This document shows, one piece after another, positions 54,925 to 64,000 of a stretch of 64,000 bases of DNA (position 1 is the stretch's first letter; each line of letters begins with the position of its first letter). The stretch covers positions 1-64,000 of IMG/VR virus record IMGVR_UViG_3300042301_004349; one strand, written 5' to 3'. The translations under genes and the position numbers were made by a program. This DNA comes from a virus. The notes under the pieces are model-generated. The model saw only the letters and a program-made list of their open reading frames with translations, was not told the origin of the DNA and searched no databases.

Positions 54925-56638
54925 AAGATACGCATTCAGATAAACGTTGTAAATTGTCTCCTCTCAATACAGATTCAGTACGCAAATAATACAATGTTTT
55001 AATACCAGCTTTATGTGCTTCTTTATGTACTTGAGATATCCATTTTGGGGTATCGTTTGGATCAAAACACAAGTTTAATGAAATAGCTTGATCAATATAT
55101 TTTTGTCTAATAGCGTTTTGTTTTACTATTTCTAACTGATTAATTTCTTTAAATGTTAAGAAGATTGATTTTTCTTCATCAGTTAGAATATAACCAGGAA
55201 CGTTAACTACTGATCCTTGATCTTTTAGAATCTGATCCCAAACACTATCAATATTATATCCTTTTTTCTCTAACAGGTCTTCTAGTATTCTATTTCGTTT
55301 AATGAATACACCCTTTGCTGTTTTAAGGTTATATACATTCGCTGGAATTGGTTCAATCGATGGTGACACACCTCCAGAGATATGAGCATTTGATACCGTT
55401 GGTGCAATTGCTAAATGATGTGAATGTCTTAGCCCAGTACCTTTACACCATTCAGGTTCACCATATAGTTCTGCTTGGTCACGTGATGCTTTTAGTGCTT
55501 CTGCCTGAATAAATTCAGATATAACTCTAGTTAAAGCTGATGATTGGATACTTGCAAATGGTAATCCTTTTGATTGTAGTAATGTATGCCATCCTAAAAC
55601 ACCAATTCCAATTGCTCTACCTTTAGTTGCAGAACGAACTGTATTTTCCATGAATTTAATGTTCTTAGCTCTATCAATAAATTCTTGTAATACACCTTCT
55701 AAGAACCAACATGTTACTTCAGGTAATGTCATACCATTCTCAAACTTATAGTCCTTCCACTCACCCCAACGTGCTAAATTCAATGATGATAAGCAACAAA
55801 TAAATGAATGTAGTTCATCTGTGTATAATGAAATCTCACTACAAATATTTGTCATTGATACATGAAGATTTAACTTCTTATATCCTTCAGGATTTGCATT
55901 ATTAACATTATCTTCAAACATGATATAAGGTTCACCAGTTTCAAGACGTGTTTTTAATATCTCACCCCACAAACGCATAGAACGTTCATCTTTATTTTCC
56001 AACTTTTCCATAAATGTGTCATCAACAACAACACATTGGTGTAAATTCAAACACTGGCGATTAACATCACCTTTTGGTCTACGAATTTGTAAGAATTCTT
56101 CAATATCTGGGTGGTTGATGCTTAGATTAACAGATGCTGCACCTCTTCTAACTGATCCTTGATTTGTAGCAAGGATAGTTGAATCATAAATTTTACACCA
56201 AGGCACTACACCTTCAGAAATACCATTATCTTTAATAGCTTTACCTCTACCTCTAATACGAGACACCCCAATACCAACACCACCACCTTGAGATGATAAT
56301 CTCATTAGTTCGGAGTTTGCATCAGCAATACCTTCAATAGAATCACCAACATCAATACCAAAACATGAAATAGGCATTCCACGCTCAGTACCTAAATTTG
56401 ATAATACTGGAGATGCTAAACATAGCCAGTTTTTTACTATTGCTTCATAGAATATTGGTTGCAAATCTTTACGTCTTAATCTACGTGAAGCTGCTTTACT
56501 TACTCTCTTAAATGCACCAAATACATCTTCATCAGGCATCAAATATCCTTTAGAAATCATACTTAATGCTATCTCATCCATCCAGGAAGGAAAATCTTTA
56601 CCTTTAACCCAGGTACTGGTATCTACTTGTATACTCAT
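54914..56638 (-). CDS. nrdA: class I ribonucleotide reductase alpha subunit (short, no ATP cone)
   Basis: PISC, GGGVG, TNICSEI, APTVS, KTLYY, CVSCEA. Confidence 0.97.
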   Translation of the reverse strand: MSIQVDTSTWVKGKDFPSWMDEIALSMISKGYLMPDEDVFGAFKRVSKAASRRLRRKDLQPIFYEAIVKNWLCLASPVLSNLGTERGMPISCFGIDVGDSIEGIADANSELMRLSSQGGGVGIGVSRIRGRGKAIKDNGISEGVVPWCKIYDSTILATNQGSVRRGAASVNLSINHPDIEEFLQIRRPKGDVNRQCLNLHQCVVVDDTFMEKLENKDERSMRLWGEILKTRLETGEPYIMFEDNVNNANPEGYKKLNLHVSMTNICSEISLYTDELHSFICCLSSLNLARWGEWKDYKFENGMTLPEVTCWFLEGVLQEFIDRAKNIKFMENTVRSATKGRAIGIGVLGWHTLLQSKGLPFASIQSSALTRVISEFIQAEALKASRDQAELYGEPEWCKGTGLRHSHHLAIAPTVSNAHISGGVSPSIEPIPANVYNLKTAKGVFIKRNRILEDLLEKKGYNIDSVWDQILKDQGSVVNVPGYILTDEEKSIFLTFKEINQLEIVKQNAIRQKYIDQAISLNLCFDPNDTPKWISQVHKEAHKAGIKTLYYLRTESVLRGDNLQRLSECVSCEA

Positions 56639-56653
56639 CTTATAATTTTAATT

Positions 56654-57604
56654 TTAAAGGTCTGACCAATCTGCGTTTGACTTAGAATAACTAGTCACAC
56701 GTCCTGCAAAGAAATCTTGATGTGTTTTTCCACTTGTTAAATGTCCGAACCAATCCATTTGTTTTAATAGGTTAGGATCAATATCATTGAAAATACCATT
56801 ATAACCTAATTCAACCATTTTCTCATTCGCTCTCGCTTTGATAAATGTTTTTAATTGTTCTATATTTAATCCTTCAATATCTCCCATTTCAAATGCTTTA
56901 TCAATAAAATCAAATTCTAATTGAACTGATAATCGACAAGCCTCTGCTACATTTGAACGCATTTCTGCTGTATCTAATTCAGGTTGTTCTTCTAATAATT
57001 TTTTAAATAACCAACATCCTGCTTTTGAATGTAATGATTCATCTCTAACACTCCATTCTACAATCTGACCAGTTCCTTTCATTAAGTTTCTTAATTGGAA
57101 TGACATTAATATAGCGAATGAAGAGAATAAATTAACACCTTCAGTAAATGCTGAGAATATAGCTAGTGATAATGCTTTTTCTTCAATATTATCACCTGGT
57201 ACTTCAATTAAACGATCAATTTTTGCTTTTGATGTTTCATCTTCTAAAAATGCTTGGAAATCATCTAAGCCTAGTTCTTCATTTAATCGAGCATAAGCTT
57301 CAGCATGGATGCTTTCAAAATCAGCAAATACACGAGCCATAGCTTGAATTTCTGGTTTTGGGAACCACAATGATACTTTAGTAGACCAATAATCATTAAC
57401 GTGTACTTCAGTTTGAGCAAATGATTTTAGAATATTTCCTATCAAGTTCTTCTCTGAATCGGTTAATTTTAATTTCCAATCATTTAGATCGGAAGCTAGA
57501 GGTACTTCATCAGCCAACCAATGCACTCTGTGTTGATCTTTATAGAAGTTAAATGCTTCTTGGTATTCAAATGGTTTGTAGAAAATACGTGGTTCAGTTA
57601 TCAT
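56654..57604 (-). CDS. nrdB: ribonucleotide reductase beta subunit
   Basis: ESIHAEAY, EGVNLFSSF, RDESLH, DFF. Confidence 0.97.
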   Translation of the reverse strand: MITEPRIFYKPFEYQEAFNFYKDQHRVHWLADEVPLASDLNDWKLKLTDSEKNLIGNILKSFAQTEVHVNDYWSTKVSLWFPKPEIQAMARVFADFESIHAEAYARLNEELGLDDFQAFLEDETSKAKIDRLIEVPGDNIEEKALSLAIFSAFTEGVNLFSSFAILMSFQLRNLMKGTGQIVEWSVRDESLHSKAGCWLFKKLLEEQPELDTAEMRSNVAEACRLSVQLEFDFIDKAFEMGDIEGLNIEQLKTFIKARANEKMVELGYNGIFNDIDPNLLKQMDWFGHLTSGKTHQDFFAGRVTSYSKSNADWSDL

Positions 57605-57861
57605 TTTAATGAATTTAATAAGTTAATTAATGTTGGTTTTGATTGCATACCCAAGGTACGCTTTACTTCTTGCCCATCAACTTCTATTACCAAAGTAGGT
57701 ACTGAACGAATATTATATTTTAGTGTTAGATCGGGATTACTATCAACATCTATTGTTTCAAAATTAACATCTGTTAATTCTGATTGAACTTGCGCTACTA
57801 AAGGAGCAAGCTGTTTACATGGGCCGCACCAAGCAGCCGTGAACCTTTTTACCGTTACCAT
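57601..57861 (-). CDS. trxA: thioredoxin
   Basis: WCGPC, SVPT. Confidence 0.96.
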   Translation of the reverse strand: MVTVKRFTAAWCGPCKQLAPLVAQVQSELTDVNFETIDVDSNPDLTLKYNIRSVPTLVIEVDGQEVKRTLGMQSKPTLINLLNSLK

Positions 57862-57896
57862 AATTTTTATTGTTGTATTTATAAATATAGTATATA

Positions 57897-59279
57897 CTAT
57901 TGACCTCTACTAAGCTCAAAAAACTTTTGTTGAAGGTAATCTTTATCGTCATTATTGACACTACTGTATTGATTTACAGGTCTAGAGTCATCATCATCTT
58001 CATCATCTAATGGCGTTTCGTATATATCTATTTTTCCGTTTGATGTATCTATTTTGGAACCAAATGTTAATCCGTCAGCACCATATCTATTTTTCATAAC
58101 GTGCCAACGTCCTGTTCCATTTACTTTGTCTTTTCTACCACGAGCTAGAGATAAAATAATATCTCCAATCATAATTTTTTCATATGAACCTGCTGCATTG
58201 TCTCCTTCAATAATGTTGCTTTTAGCAGCACCTCTATTTGCTTGAGATGGAGATATAACTGGTATTCCTAATTCCTTAGCTAATGCTTTTGCTCCAACAT
58301 AAACATCATCAATTTCTTCCTTACGTTCTCCATTTCTAGAGCGAGATGAACTCTTAACATAATCAAGATAATCAATAATGATTAAATCTGGTTTGAAATC
58401 ATGTTGCATTTCTAGTTGTTGGAGGTGTGCCTGGATAGTGTCGAATGATGCTCGTTTTGGGGGGTATTCTTTAATAACAACCTTACCTCTTACTTTACTA
58501 ATAGTTTCTTCAACTTTAGCTCTATGTTTATCTAGAGTATCAACAGGAATCCCTGTAAATACAGCATCGTATCTTTTACCTACATAACCTTCAGCTAATT
58601 CTAATGAATAGTGTACTACATTAAATCCTAAAGCGGCAGCATAGGCTCCCATATCAATAACAGCCCATGACTTACCACCTCCAGGATTACCAAACACTAA
58701 TACCAAATCTCCTTTACCCATTCCTCCCTGAGTTAGGCTATTGAATACAGGCCAAGGGAAAGGTATTGCGTTTCTATCATCTATTCTGTATCTTGATTCA
58801 ATATCTTTGTCATATTCATGACCAATATTTTTATCTTCACCTGCTTTTAAGGCATTATTCATTAGTGTTTTAATACTATCATAATCACCCATACCAAGCA
58901 AATCAACAGAAGTCATGATTGCTTTTTTTACTTGTTGATTTTTACAAAAATTAGTAAACTCATTCTCTACCCACTCTAAATCATTTGCTTGTGATTCCTT
59001 ATACGCTTCTCTTAATCCTTCAGTAATAGCAATTTTTAAAACATCATTATCAATTTTCTTTACTTCAGTAGATAGTACCTCCATTGTTGGTACTGTGTGG
59101 TACTTAGAGAAATATGATTGTATTTCTTTAACAACCCACTGATTTGCTTGATTTTCAAAATATTCTTTTTCAAGAGAATCAGATACGTTTACTAAGAAGT
59201 TTTTCTGTGTTAATAATGCTCCAATTACTTTTGTTTGGAATTGTGGTCCGTATGCTTGTAATTTTTGTAATGTTGTCAT
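57897..59279 (-). CDS. replicative DnaB/gp41-like helicase
   Basis: GNPGGGKS, YSLEL, IIIDYLD, SQANR, KNRYG. Confidence 0.93.
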   Translation of the reverse strand: MTTLQKLQAYGPQFQTKVIGALLTQKNFLVNVSDSLEKEYFENQANQWVVKEIQSYFSKYHTVPTMEVLSTEVKKIDNDVLKIAITEGLREAYKESQANDLEWVENEFTNFCKNQQVKKAIMTSVDLLGMGDYDSIKTLMNNALKAGEDKNIGHEYDKDIESRYRIDDRNAIPFPWPVFNSLTQGGMGKGDLVLVFGNPGGGKSWAVIDMGAYAAALGFNVVHYSLELAEGYVGKRYDAVFTGIPVDTLDKHRAKVEETISKVRGKVVIKEYPPKRASFDTIQAHLQQLEMQHDFKPDLIIIDYLDYVKSSSRSRNGERKEEIDDVYVGAKALAKELGIPVISPSQANRGAAKSNIIEGDNAAGSYEKIMIGDIILSLARGRKDKVNGTGRWHVMKNRYGADGLTFGSKIDTSNGKIDIYETPLDDEDDDDSRPVNQYSSVNNDDKDYLQQKFFELSRGQ

Positions 59280-59292
59280 AACTTTTTTAAAT

Positions 59293-60321
59293 TTAATTAA
59301 GAGAATTTATATAACCAAAAACTTCTGTAAGCCAATTATCTACGTTTGGTATTGATTCTCCCAATTTATCATTCACGTATATTTGGTGAAATAGATACTT
59401 ATTTAATTCATACGAATCATTAAAAGCATCTTTTACCAACTGTTTATTTTCAGGTGATAGGAAACTTCCATCTAAAGACATTAATTTTTTATTAATTTCT
59501 AATTGATGTCTTCTTTCTACCACTGACAAATATAATTTATTTTCATTTATTTTATTAGCAGACGATTCAATAATGTCACTTAATTCAATTTTATTCTCAC
59601 TAGTTAATTCAGGGAATAATTTAAGCAATTTAACAGGTCCTAATCCACTAATTCCAGGAACGTTATCAGATTGATCACCCATCAATATCTTATAATTAAG
59701 AAAATTATAACTACTAACACCGAATTCTTCTAATACATCTTTTGGTTTGTATACTTTCTTTTTAACTGGAGAATATACTTGAACTTTATTAGAAATTAAT
59801 TGTAAGAAGTCTTTGTCGGCAGACATAATTGTTACGCTTGTCGTCTCATTATATACCTGGAATTTATTTGATAAATAACCGATAATATCATCTGCTTCTA
59901 AACCATCAATACTAATAACAGTAACTGGTAGGCATTTAAGATACTGAATCAATCTTGCCATCTGGTTGTTTATACTCTCTGTTTCTTCTTCTTTTGAGGA
60001 GAAGATAGAGTAATTTGTCATACGATTAACATGACGATTTGCTTTATACTCAGGGTATAAGTTTCTCCTAGCATTCGAGCCACCAACACCATCAAATACA
60101 ATTATTACTTTAGTAGGGTTAAGCATTTTAATTGCATAACCGATTGACTTTAAAAATCCAGTTAGGCCACCAATGTGGTGGCCATTTGGATTTATGTGGT
60201 TAATCATGGTAAACGCTCTTAGGAAAGTGTTTAAACCATCTATTATTAAAATTGAATCTAGTGATGTACGAGTGTCAGGTTGAATACTTGAGATTAAATC
60301 AAAGTATTTATTCTTGGACAT
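59293..60321 (-). CDS. 5'-3' exonuclease / flap endonuclease (T4 RNase H-like)
   Basis: IIDGLN, YKANR, EADD, SADKD, GDQSDNVPGI. Confidence 0.94.
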   Translation of the reverse strand: MSKNKYFDLISSIQPDTRTSLDSILIIDGLNTFLRAFTMINHINPNGHHIGGLTGFLKSIGYAIKMLNPTKVIIVFDGVGGSNARRNLYPEYKANRHVNRMTNYSIFSSKEEETESINNQMARLIQYLKCLPVTVISIDGLEADDIIGYLSNKFQVYNETTSVTIMSADKDFLQLISNKVQVYSPVKKKVYKPKDVLEEFGVSSYNFLNYKILMGDQSDNVPGISGLGPVKLLKLFPELTSENKIELSDIIESSANKINENKLYLSVVERRHQLEINKKLMSLDGSFLSPENKQLVKDAFNDSYELNKYLFHQIYVNDKLGESIPNVDNWLTEVFGYINSLN

Positions 60322-61399
60322 CTACTAAATTTATTTCTTTGAAATTTTCTTCCATTTCATCTTCCTCAACAATATCGAAGTCAGCTGATCCTAGAATCTG
60401 TAGCCACTCATTTGAGTGTTCTTTTTTATAGATATCAATTGCTTTTTTATCATCAGGGATAAAACCATGAACTGTCATTGTAACAGTACCTTTTGTTTGT
60501 ACTCCAGTAACGTGATTTTTATCAGCAGATATCTTAGTACGCTTAGCAAATTCTACGTCTTTACCGTCTTTAGTTGCTTTAATCTTACTAGTACCACTAT
60601 TTGATACGTTGCCGAATGTAATTACAAATGATGAATCGAAGAACATTGTATCACCACCCTTATTTTTCAATTTAGGTTGTTCCATTGGTGAATTTGGTTT
60701 TGCAACCCATACCTTATTAACTGCTACAAATGTATTTGTATACGGTTGATTTTCTTTACGAGATAAGATAATCTTTTGGTTAATAAAGTTACCAAATGTT
60801 TGAGACATTGCTCCTGCATTCCACTCATTGTTATTTTTGTTTGATTCAACTGATAGTCTACATGGGATTGATCCTACTGAGTCCCACAGGAATAGTAGAT
60901 CGAATGGTAGTTTTCCTGCTGCTTGTTCACTTAACAAATCAGCTACAAACGCACCTACATCTTCAATTGTGTTTAATGAACCTCTATCAACATAAAGGAA
61001 GAAACCTTTATAATCAATAACTTCACCTGTTTCAGGATCAGCTACAGAAGTTAATTCAAAACCCATTTGTTGAGCATGTTCCCAATTCCATTTCATCTCT
61101 GTAATGATGAAAACAGGTAGAACCCCCATTTTTTGTGCAGATACTGCTGCTTCAAGCATTGCAGTTGTTTTACCTGTATCGGAGTGACCACGTAACAAGG
61201 TTATATGGCCCATAGGAATACCAGGAATAGACAGTACGTCTTGGAATGCTTTTGAAAGCGGAATCCACCTTTGCGGTTTAAATTTAACAGATTGATCTAA
61301 GAATTTAGATTTCTTAAAAGCATCAATGTTAAATGATTTTTTTAACGATTCAGATACTACAGTCGTTAAACTGTCTTTACTTTTTGCCATCTTAGCCAT
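60308..61399 (-). CDS. RecA/UvsX-like recombinase
   Basis: GHSDTGKT, LWDSVG, KGG..MFF. Confidence 0.88.
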   Translation of the reverse strand: MAKMAKSKDSLTTVVSESLKKSFNIDAFKKSKFLDQSVKFKPQRWIPLSKAFQDVLSIPGIPMGHITLLRGHSDTGKTTAMLEAAVSAQKMGVLPVFIITEMKWNWEHAQQMGFELTSVADPETGEVIDYKGFFLYVDRGSLNTIEDVGAFVADLLSEQAAGKLPFDLLFLWDSVGSIPCRLSVESNKNNNEWNAGAMSQTFGNFINQKIILSRKENQPYTNTFVAVNKVWVAKPNSPMEQPKLKNKGGDTMFFDSSFVITFGNVSNSGTSKIKATKDGKDVEFAKRTKISADKNHVTGVQTKGTVTMTVHGFIPDDKKAIDIYKKEHSNEWLQILGSADFDIVEEDEMEENFKEINLVDVQE

Positions 61400-61402
61400 T
61401 TA

Positions 61403-62221
61403 TTAGTCATTAAATAGTGAATCAAATTTATCAGTTGCTGTTTCTCTTGGTTTTACATCTAGTGTGTAAGGTTGGATTGGAGAATTTAATGATTTCAAGA
61501 AATCATCTTCATCATCTACAATCGAGGTTGGAGTAGCATCTGGTGTTGATTCATCTTCAGGAGACAACCATTTTTGCAATACATCTTTCAATGCCTCGTA
61601 AGTATATTTACGATTAATAGCCAAAATGTCTGGTTGTTCTTCTAATGACTTGGTTACAAACGCAGCATCTTCAGAGATAGGAGTGGATTTTGGTTTAGGT
61701 CTTAAAGTACATTTAATACCTTTTCTACCAGCGATAACATCTTCAATTGCTTCAACTGTAAAGTCACGACCATCTGTAATGTCGGTAAAATCACCGTAAT
61801 CTTCATCACTAGCGATACCCATTAATTGATCATTTACTAGTTTACCAACTTCCCATAGACGTACACCTGCACCCTCTTCACCGCGAACGATTACTGGAGC
61901 GAAATAACGTGTTTTAGGGGAGATTTTGTTAGCTAGAGTCCAATCATCTTTATCTGATGATTTACGTAGTTTCTTAGCAAAATCTGTGATTGGGTCTTCT
62001 TCACCCCAGTTGCTAAGTGCTAAAATTGGTCCTTTTGAAAAACCATAGTGCATTTGAACTTCGCGCAATGGCCACTCTTTTCTAAAAGTGTTTGGGACGA
62101 TTCTGATCTGGTGTTTACCTGCTTTTGGTTTCCAGAAAATTTTAGTGTAGTCGATTTTTTCACGACCTGCGCCTTTGTTGGCGTTCGCTTCAAGCTTCTG
62201 CTTGACAAAACTTAAATCCAT
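61403..62221 (-). CDS. single-stranded DNA-binding protein (gp32-like)
   Basis: FWKP..GK..IRIVP, DITDGRDF, acidic tail FDSLFND. Confidence 0.85.
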   Translation of the reverse strand: MDLSFVKQKLEANANKGAGREKIDYTKIFWKPKAGKHQIRIVPNTFRKEWPLREVQMHYGFSKGPILALSNWGEEDPITDFAKKLRKSSDKDDWTLANKISPKTRYFAPVIVRGEEGAGVRLWEVGKLVNDQLMGIASDEDYGDFTDITDGRDFTVEAIEDVIAGRKGIKCTLRPKPKSTPISEDAAFVTKSLEEQPDILAINRKYTYEALKDVLQKWLSPEDESTPDATPTSIVDDEDDFLKSLNSPIQPYTLDVKPRETATDKFDSLFND

Positions 62222-62300
62222 ATTGTTTTTTGTTTAATTGTAAGTCGTTCTATGAACGGAATATATTGTGAATCTATGATTCTAAATTTGGACCTCCAAA

Positions 62301-62717
62301 TTATTTATTGAAGTCTATTATTTTATGGATTGCTGTATCTAATCGACGCAAGTCAGGACCATCTGTCAATAAGATACAATTTTTATAATCATTCCAATTT
62401 ACGATGAAATTTTTGTCCACCACACCATTGTTTAAAGTTCTTATTAAAGTATTAAGAGCATTAATGGTGTATAATGTATTGGATTCTTTTTTACGATGTA
62501 ACAAGATAGTATTAGCCATCGGAGCATCTTGCATGTTGCCCGAGTCAATATTATAAGTACATATCAATTCTTCACTTTGAGGAGATTCTAGAATGAATAT
62601 CTTGTTAAAGAGAATAGCGTAACGACGGTTGATTGTACTAACTGTATTTTCCAAATCCAATGGAGTTGTGAATGTACAGAATAATTTGTTCAAGTCTAAT
62701 TCGTTTAGTTGTTCCAT
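62301..62717 (-). CDS. conserved hypothetical protein of the replication cluster
   Basis: NKLFCTF...ILLHRKKESNTLYTINALN. Confidence 0.75.
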   Translation of the reverse strand: MEQLNELDLNKLFCTFTTPLDLENTVSTINRRYAILFNKIFILESPQSEELICTYNIDSGNMQDAPMANTILLHRKKESNTLYTINALNTLIRTLNNGVVDKNFIVNWNDYKNCILLTDGPDLRRLDTAIHKIIDFNK

Positions 62718-62726
62718 AATAAATAT

Positions 62727-64000
62727 TTATATTTTCTCCAAACCGTGATACGATTGGCCTTGTTTAATGGTTACTGGATATTTTAGTGTATTTATTATAT
62801 CCGAAATTAATTCTTTGTCTTCTTCACTATAATCAAATAAGAAAGCATCATAAGTATACAATACTAATTTTGTTTTTTTACCTTCTAATTTACTTAATAC
62901 TAATCTTAGTAATTCAACATTTGTTGATGTTTCTTTACTTTGAATTATATAATTAAATAATTTTGATCGAGTCATATCAGCATCGAACATAAATATTTTA
63001 TTATCTGTCGCTAGGTGTTTTCCATATTGGTACGTATCCCACATACTATCTATAAACATATCTACCTGTTTAAAAAATGGCTTATTTTTATATTCAGCCC
63101 AAACACCACCATATAATTGCTTGAATGTTAATTCTTTAGCTTCTTGTGGTGTAACATCTAACACTGTGGCTAATGTTTCATAGGTACTTCGGGTATTAAG
63201 AAACTCAAAGCCAATCATTTCACCAATCAATCGTGGGTGATAACCCTGGAAATCAAGTTCAATAAATTTATCGTTTTCAGGTTTAAAACACATACGTTCA
63301 CCATCATCTTTATTTAAAGCAGCAAAATTAATGCTATTAAATGTATTGGATGGGCGTGAAGTTGTTGTATATAAATTATATTGAGTGTATATTCTACTGC
63401 GATTTAAATTAAATTGTGGGTTTGTTAATTTCCCATTGTAATAATCAATAAAGCAGTTTTTATCGACCATTATGCCGTTTTTTTCAATATGATAGAATAC
63501 GTCTGCGGTGTAGAAATTTTGAAATTGAAATGCTGTATCACCCAGTGTGTGTTGTTTAATAACAGGTAATGCTATGTTAAATATTTCTTCACACATTTCA
63601 TAATGTTTGCTGATTGGGATTAAACAGTTAACATTGGGTATTGAATAATGTTTGCTATAGTAATAATTAATACAGGTATTGTCTAGTGATTTAATATCAA
63701 CTTGTTCAATAAAGTTTACATCATATAATTTGTCAGACAGTGGGTAGAAGTAATGCAATGCTTTTTTCTTATCCAACGTCCATAACTTATCTGTGTTATT
63801 TAATAACCAATCAAGTAATTCTGTTTTGTCTATACCGAAAGATTCATTATGGTTTAGACACAGTATGTATCCTTTTTTACCATTAAGGGGTCTAAGATAT
63901 ACTAAACTTAATTCAGTAAGGGAGGGATGAAAATTATCATTAAACGGGATGAACCGAATGAAGCAATCTCCAAATGCACGAGGCAGTTGCGATGATTTTT
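62727..64000 (-). CDS. divergent family A DNA polymerase-like protein, 5'-partial
   Basis: frame stays open from 63776 to the window edge; TTSRPSN, motif A ELDFQGYHPRL, motif B AKELTFKQLYG, motif C LYTYDAFLF. Confidence 0.8.
   Translation of the reverse strand, partial: KSSQLPRAFGDCFIRFIPFNDNFHPSLTELSLVYLRPLNGKKGYILCLNHNESFGIDKTELLDWLLNNTDKLWTLDKKKALHYFYPLSDKLYDVNFIEQVDIKSLDNTCINYYYSKHYSIPNVNCLIPISKHYEMCEEIFNIALPVIKQHTLGDTAFQFQNFYTADVFYHIEKNGIMVDKNCFIDYYNGKLTNPQFNLNRSRIYTQYNLYTTTSRPSNTFNSINFAALNKDDGERMCFKPENDKFIELDFQGYHPRLIGEMIGFEFLNTRSTYETLATVLDVTPQEAKELTFKQLYGGVWAEYKNKPFFKQVDMFIDSMWDTYQYGKHLATDNKIFMFDADMTRSKLFNYIIQSKETSTNVELLRLVLSKLEGKKTKLVLYTYDAFLFDYSEEDKELISDIINTLKYPVTIKQGQSYHGLEKI

Noticed and set aside
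9349-57890. TATAAATA on the plus strand as T4 late promoters
   Set aside because: No plus-strand genes follow; the motif sits just upstream of minus-strand starts and is better read as ATATTTATA on the minus strand
44902-59279. Introns or inteins in polB, nrdA/B or helicase
   Set aside because: ORFs are uninterrupted and of compact length with no intein motifs noticed
691-61020. All plus-strand ORFs in the track
   Set aside because: Each is antisense to a better-supported minus-strand gene or RNA and shows no recognisable motif
62246-62258. Small hairpin CGTTC-ATA-GAACG in the SSB leader as a gp32-type autoregulatory pseudoknot
   Set aside because: Only 5 bp with a 3-nt loop and no second helix found
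1-64000. Stop-codon reassignment or suppressor tRNA
   Set aside because: Conserved genes are full length in code 11, TAG and TGA end genes normally, and no CTA/TCA anticodon tRNA was seen

Overview
A 64-kb segment of a large lytic dsDNA phage (T4-like replication gene set, AT-rich, genetic code 11). Essentially all real genes are on the minus strand. The host is almost certainly a Bacteroidota bacterium: promoters resemble the -33/-7 type, Shine-Dalgarno sequences are not evident, signal peptides are followed by Gln, and the phage carries DUF4494, a Bacteroidota-type bS21 and a TonB receptor. Reading right to left (direction of transcription): (i) replication/recombination core with a divergent PolA-like ORF running off the window, gp32-like SSB, RecA-like recombinase, 5'-3' exonuclease, helicase, thioredoxin and nrdB/nrdA; (ii) a 7-deazaguanine cluster (queD, a TGT/DpdA-like gene, queC, queE, folE, a phosphoribosyltransferase), bS21, dUTPase, PolB and sliding clamp; (iii) Hsp20, GroES, GroEL, clamp loaders, a Cas4-like nuclease, glycosyl/methyltransferases and ClpP; (iv) five tRNAs, one highly aberrant tRNA-like RNA and a tmRNA; (v) a 12.5-kb block of secreted, lipoprotein and outer-membrane genes, the best candidate for an undescribed system, with two CsgG-like paralogues, two proteins that each carry dockerin-like and cohesin-like modules (one with a C-type lectin), T9SS-CTD-like lipoproteins, a beta-barrel protein and a TonB receptor/beta-helix lipoprotein pair; (vi) thyA, ligase, AdoMetDC, nucleases and many small early-type ORFs behind a repeated promoter with a phage-specific GGCA box. 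Several compact structured non-coding elements were also found by eye. All family calls come from motif recognition; no database search or folding program was run.
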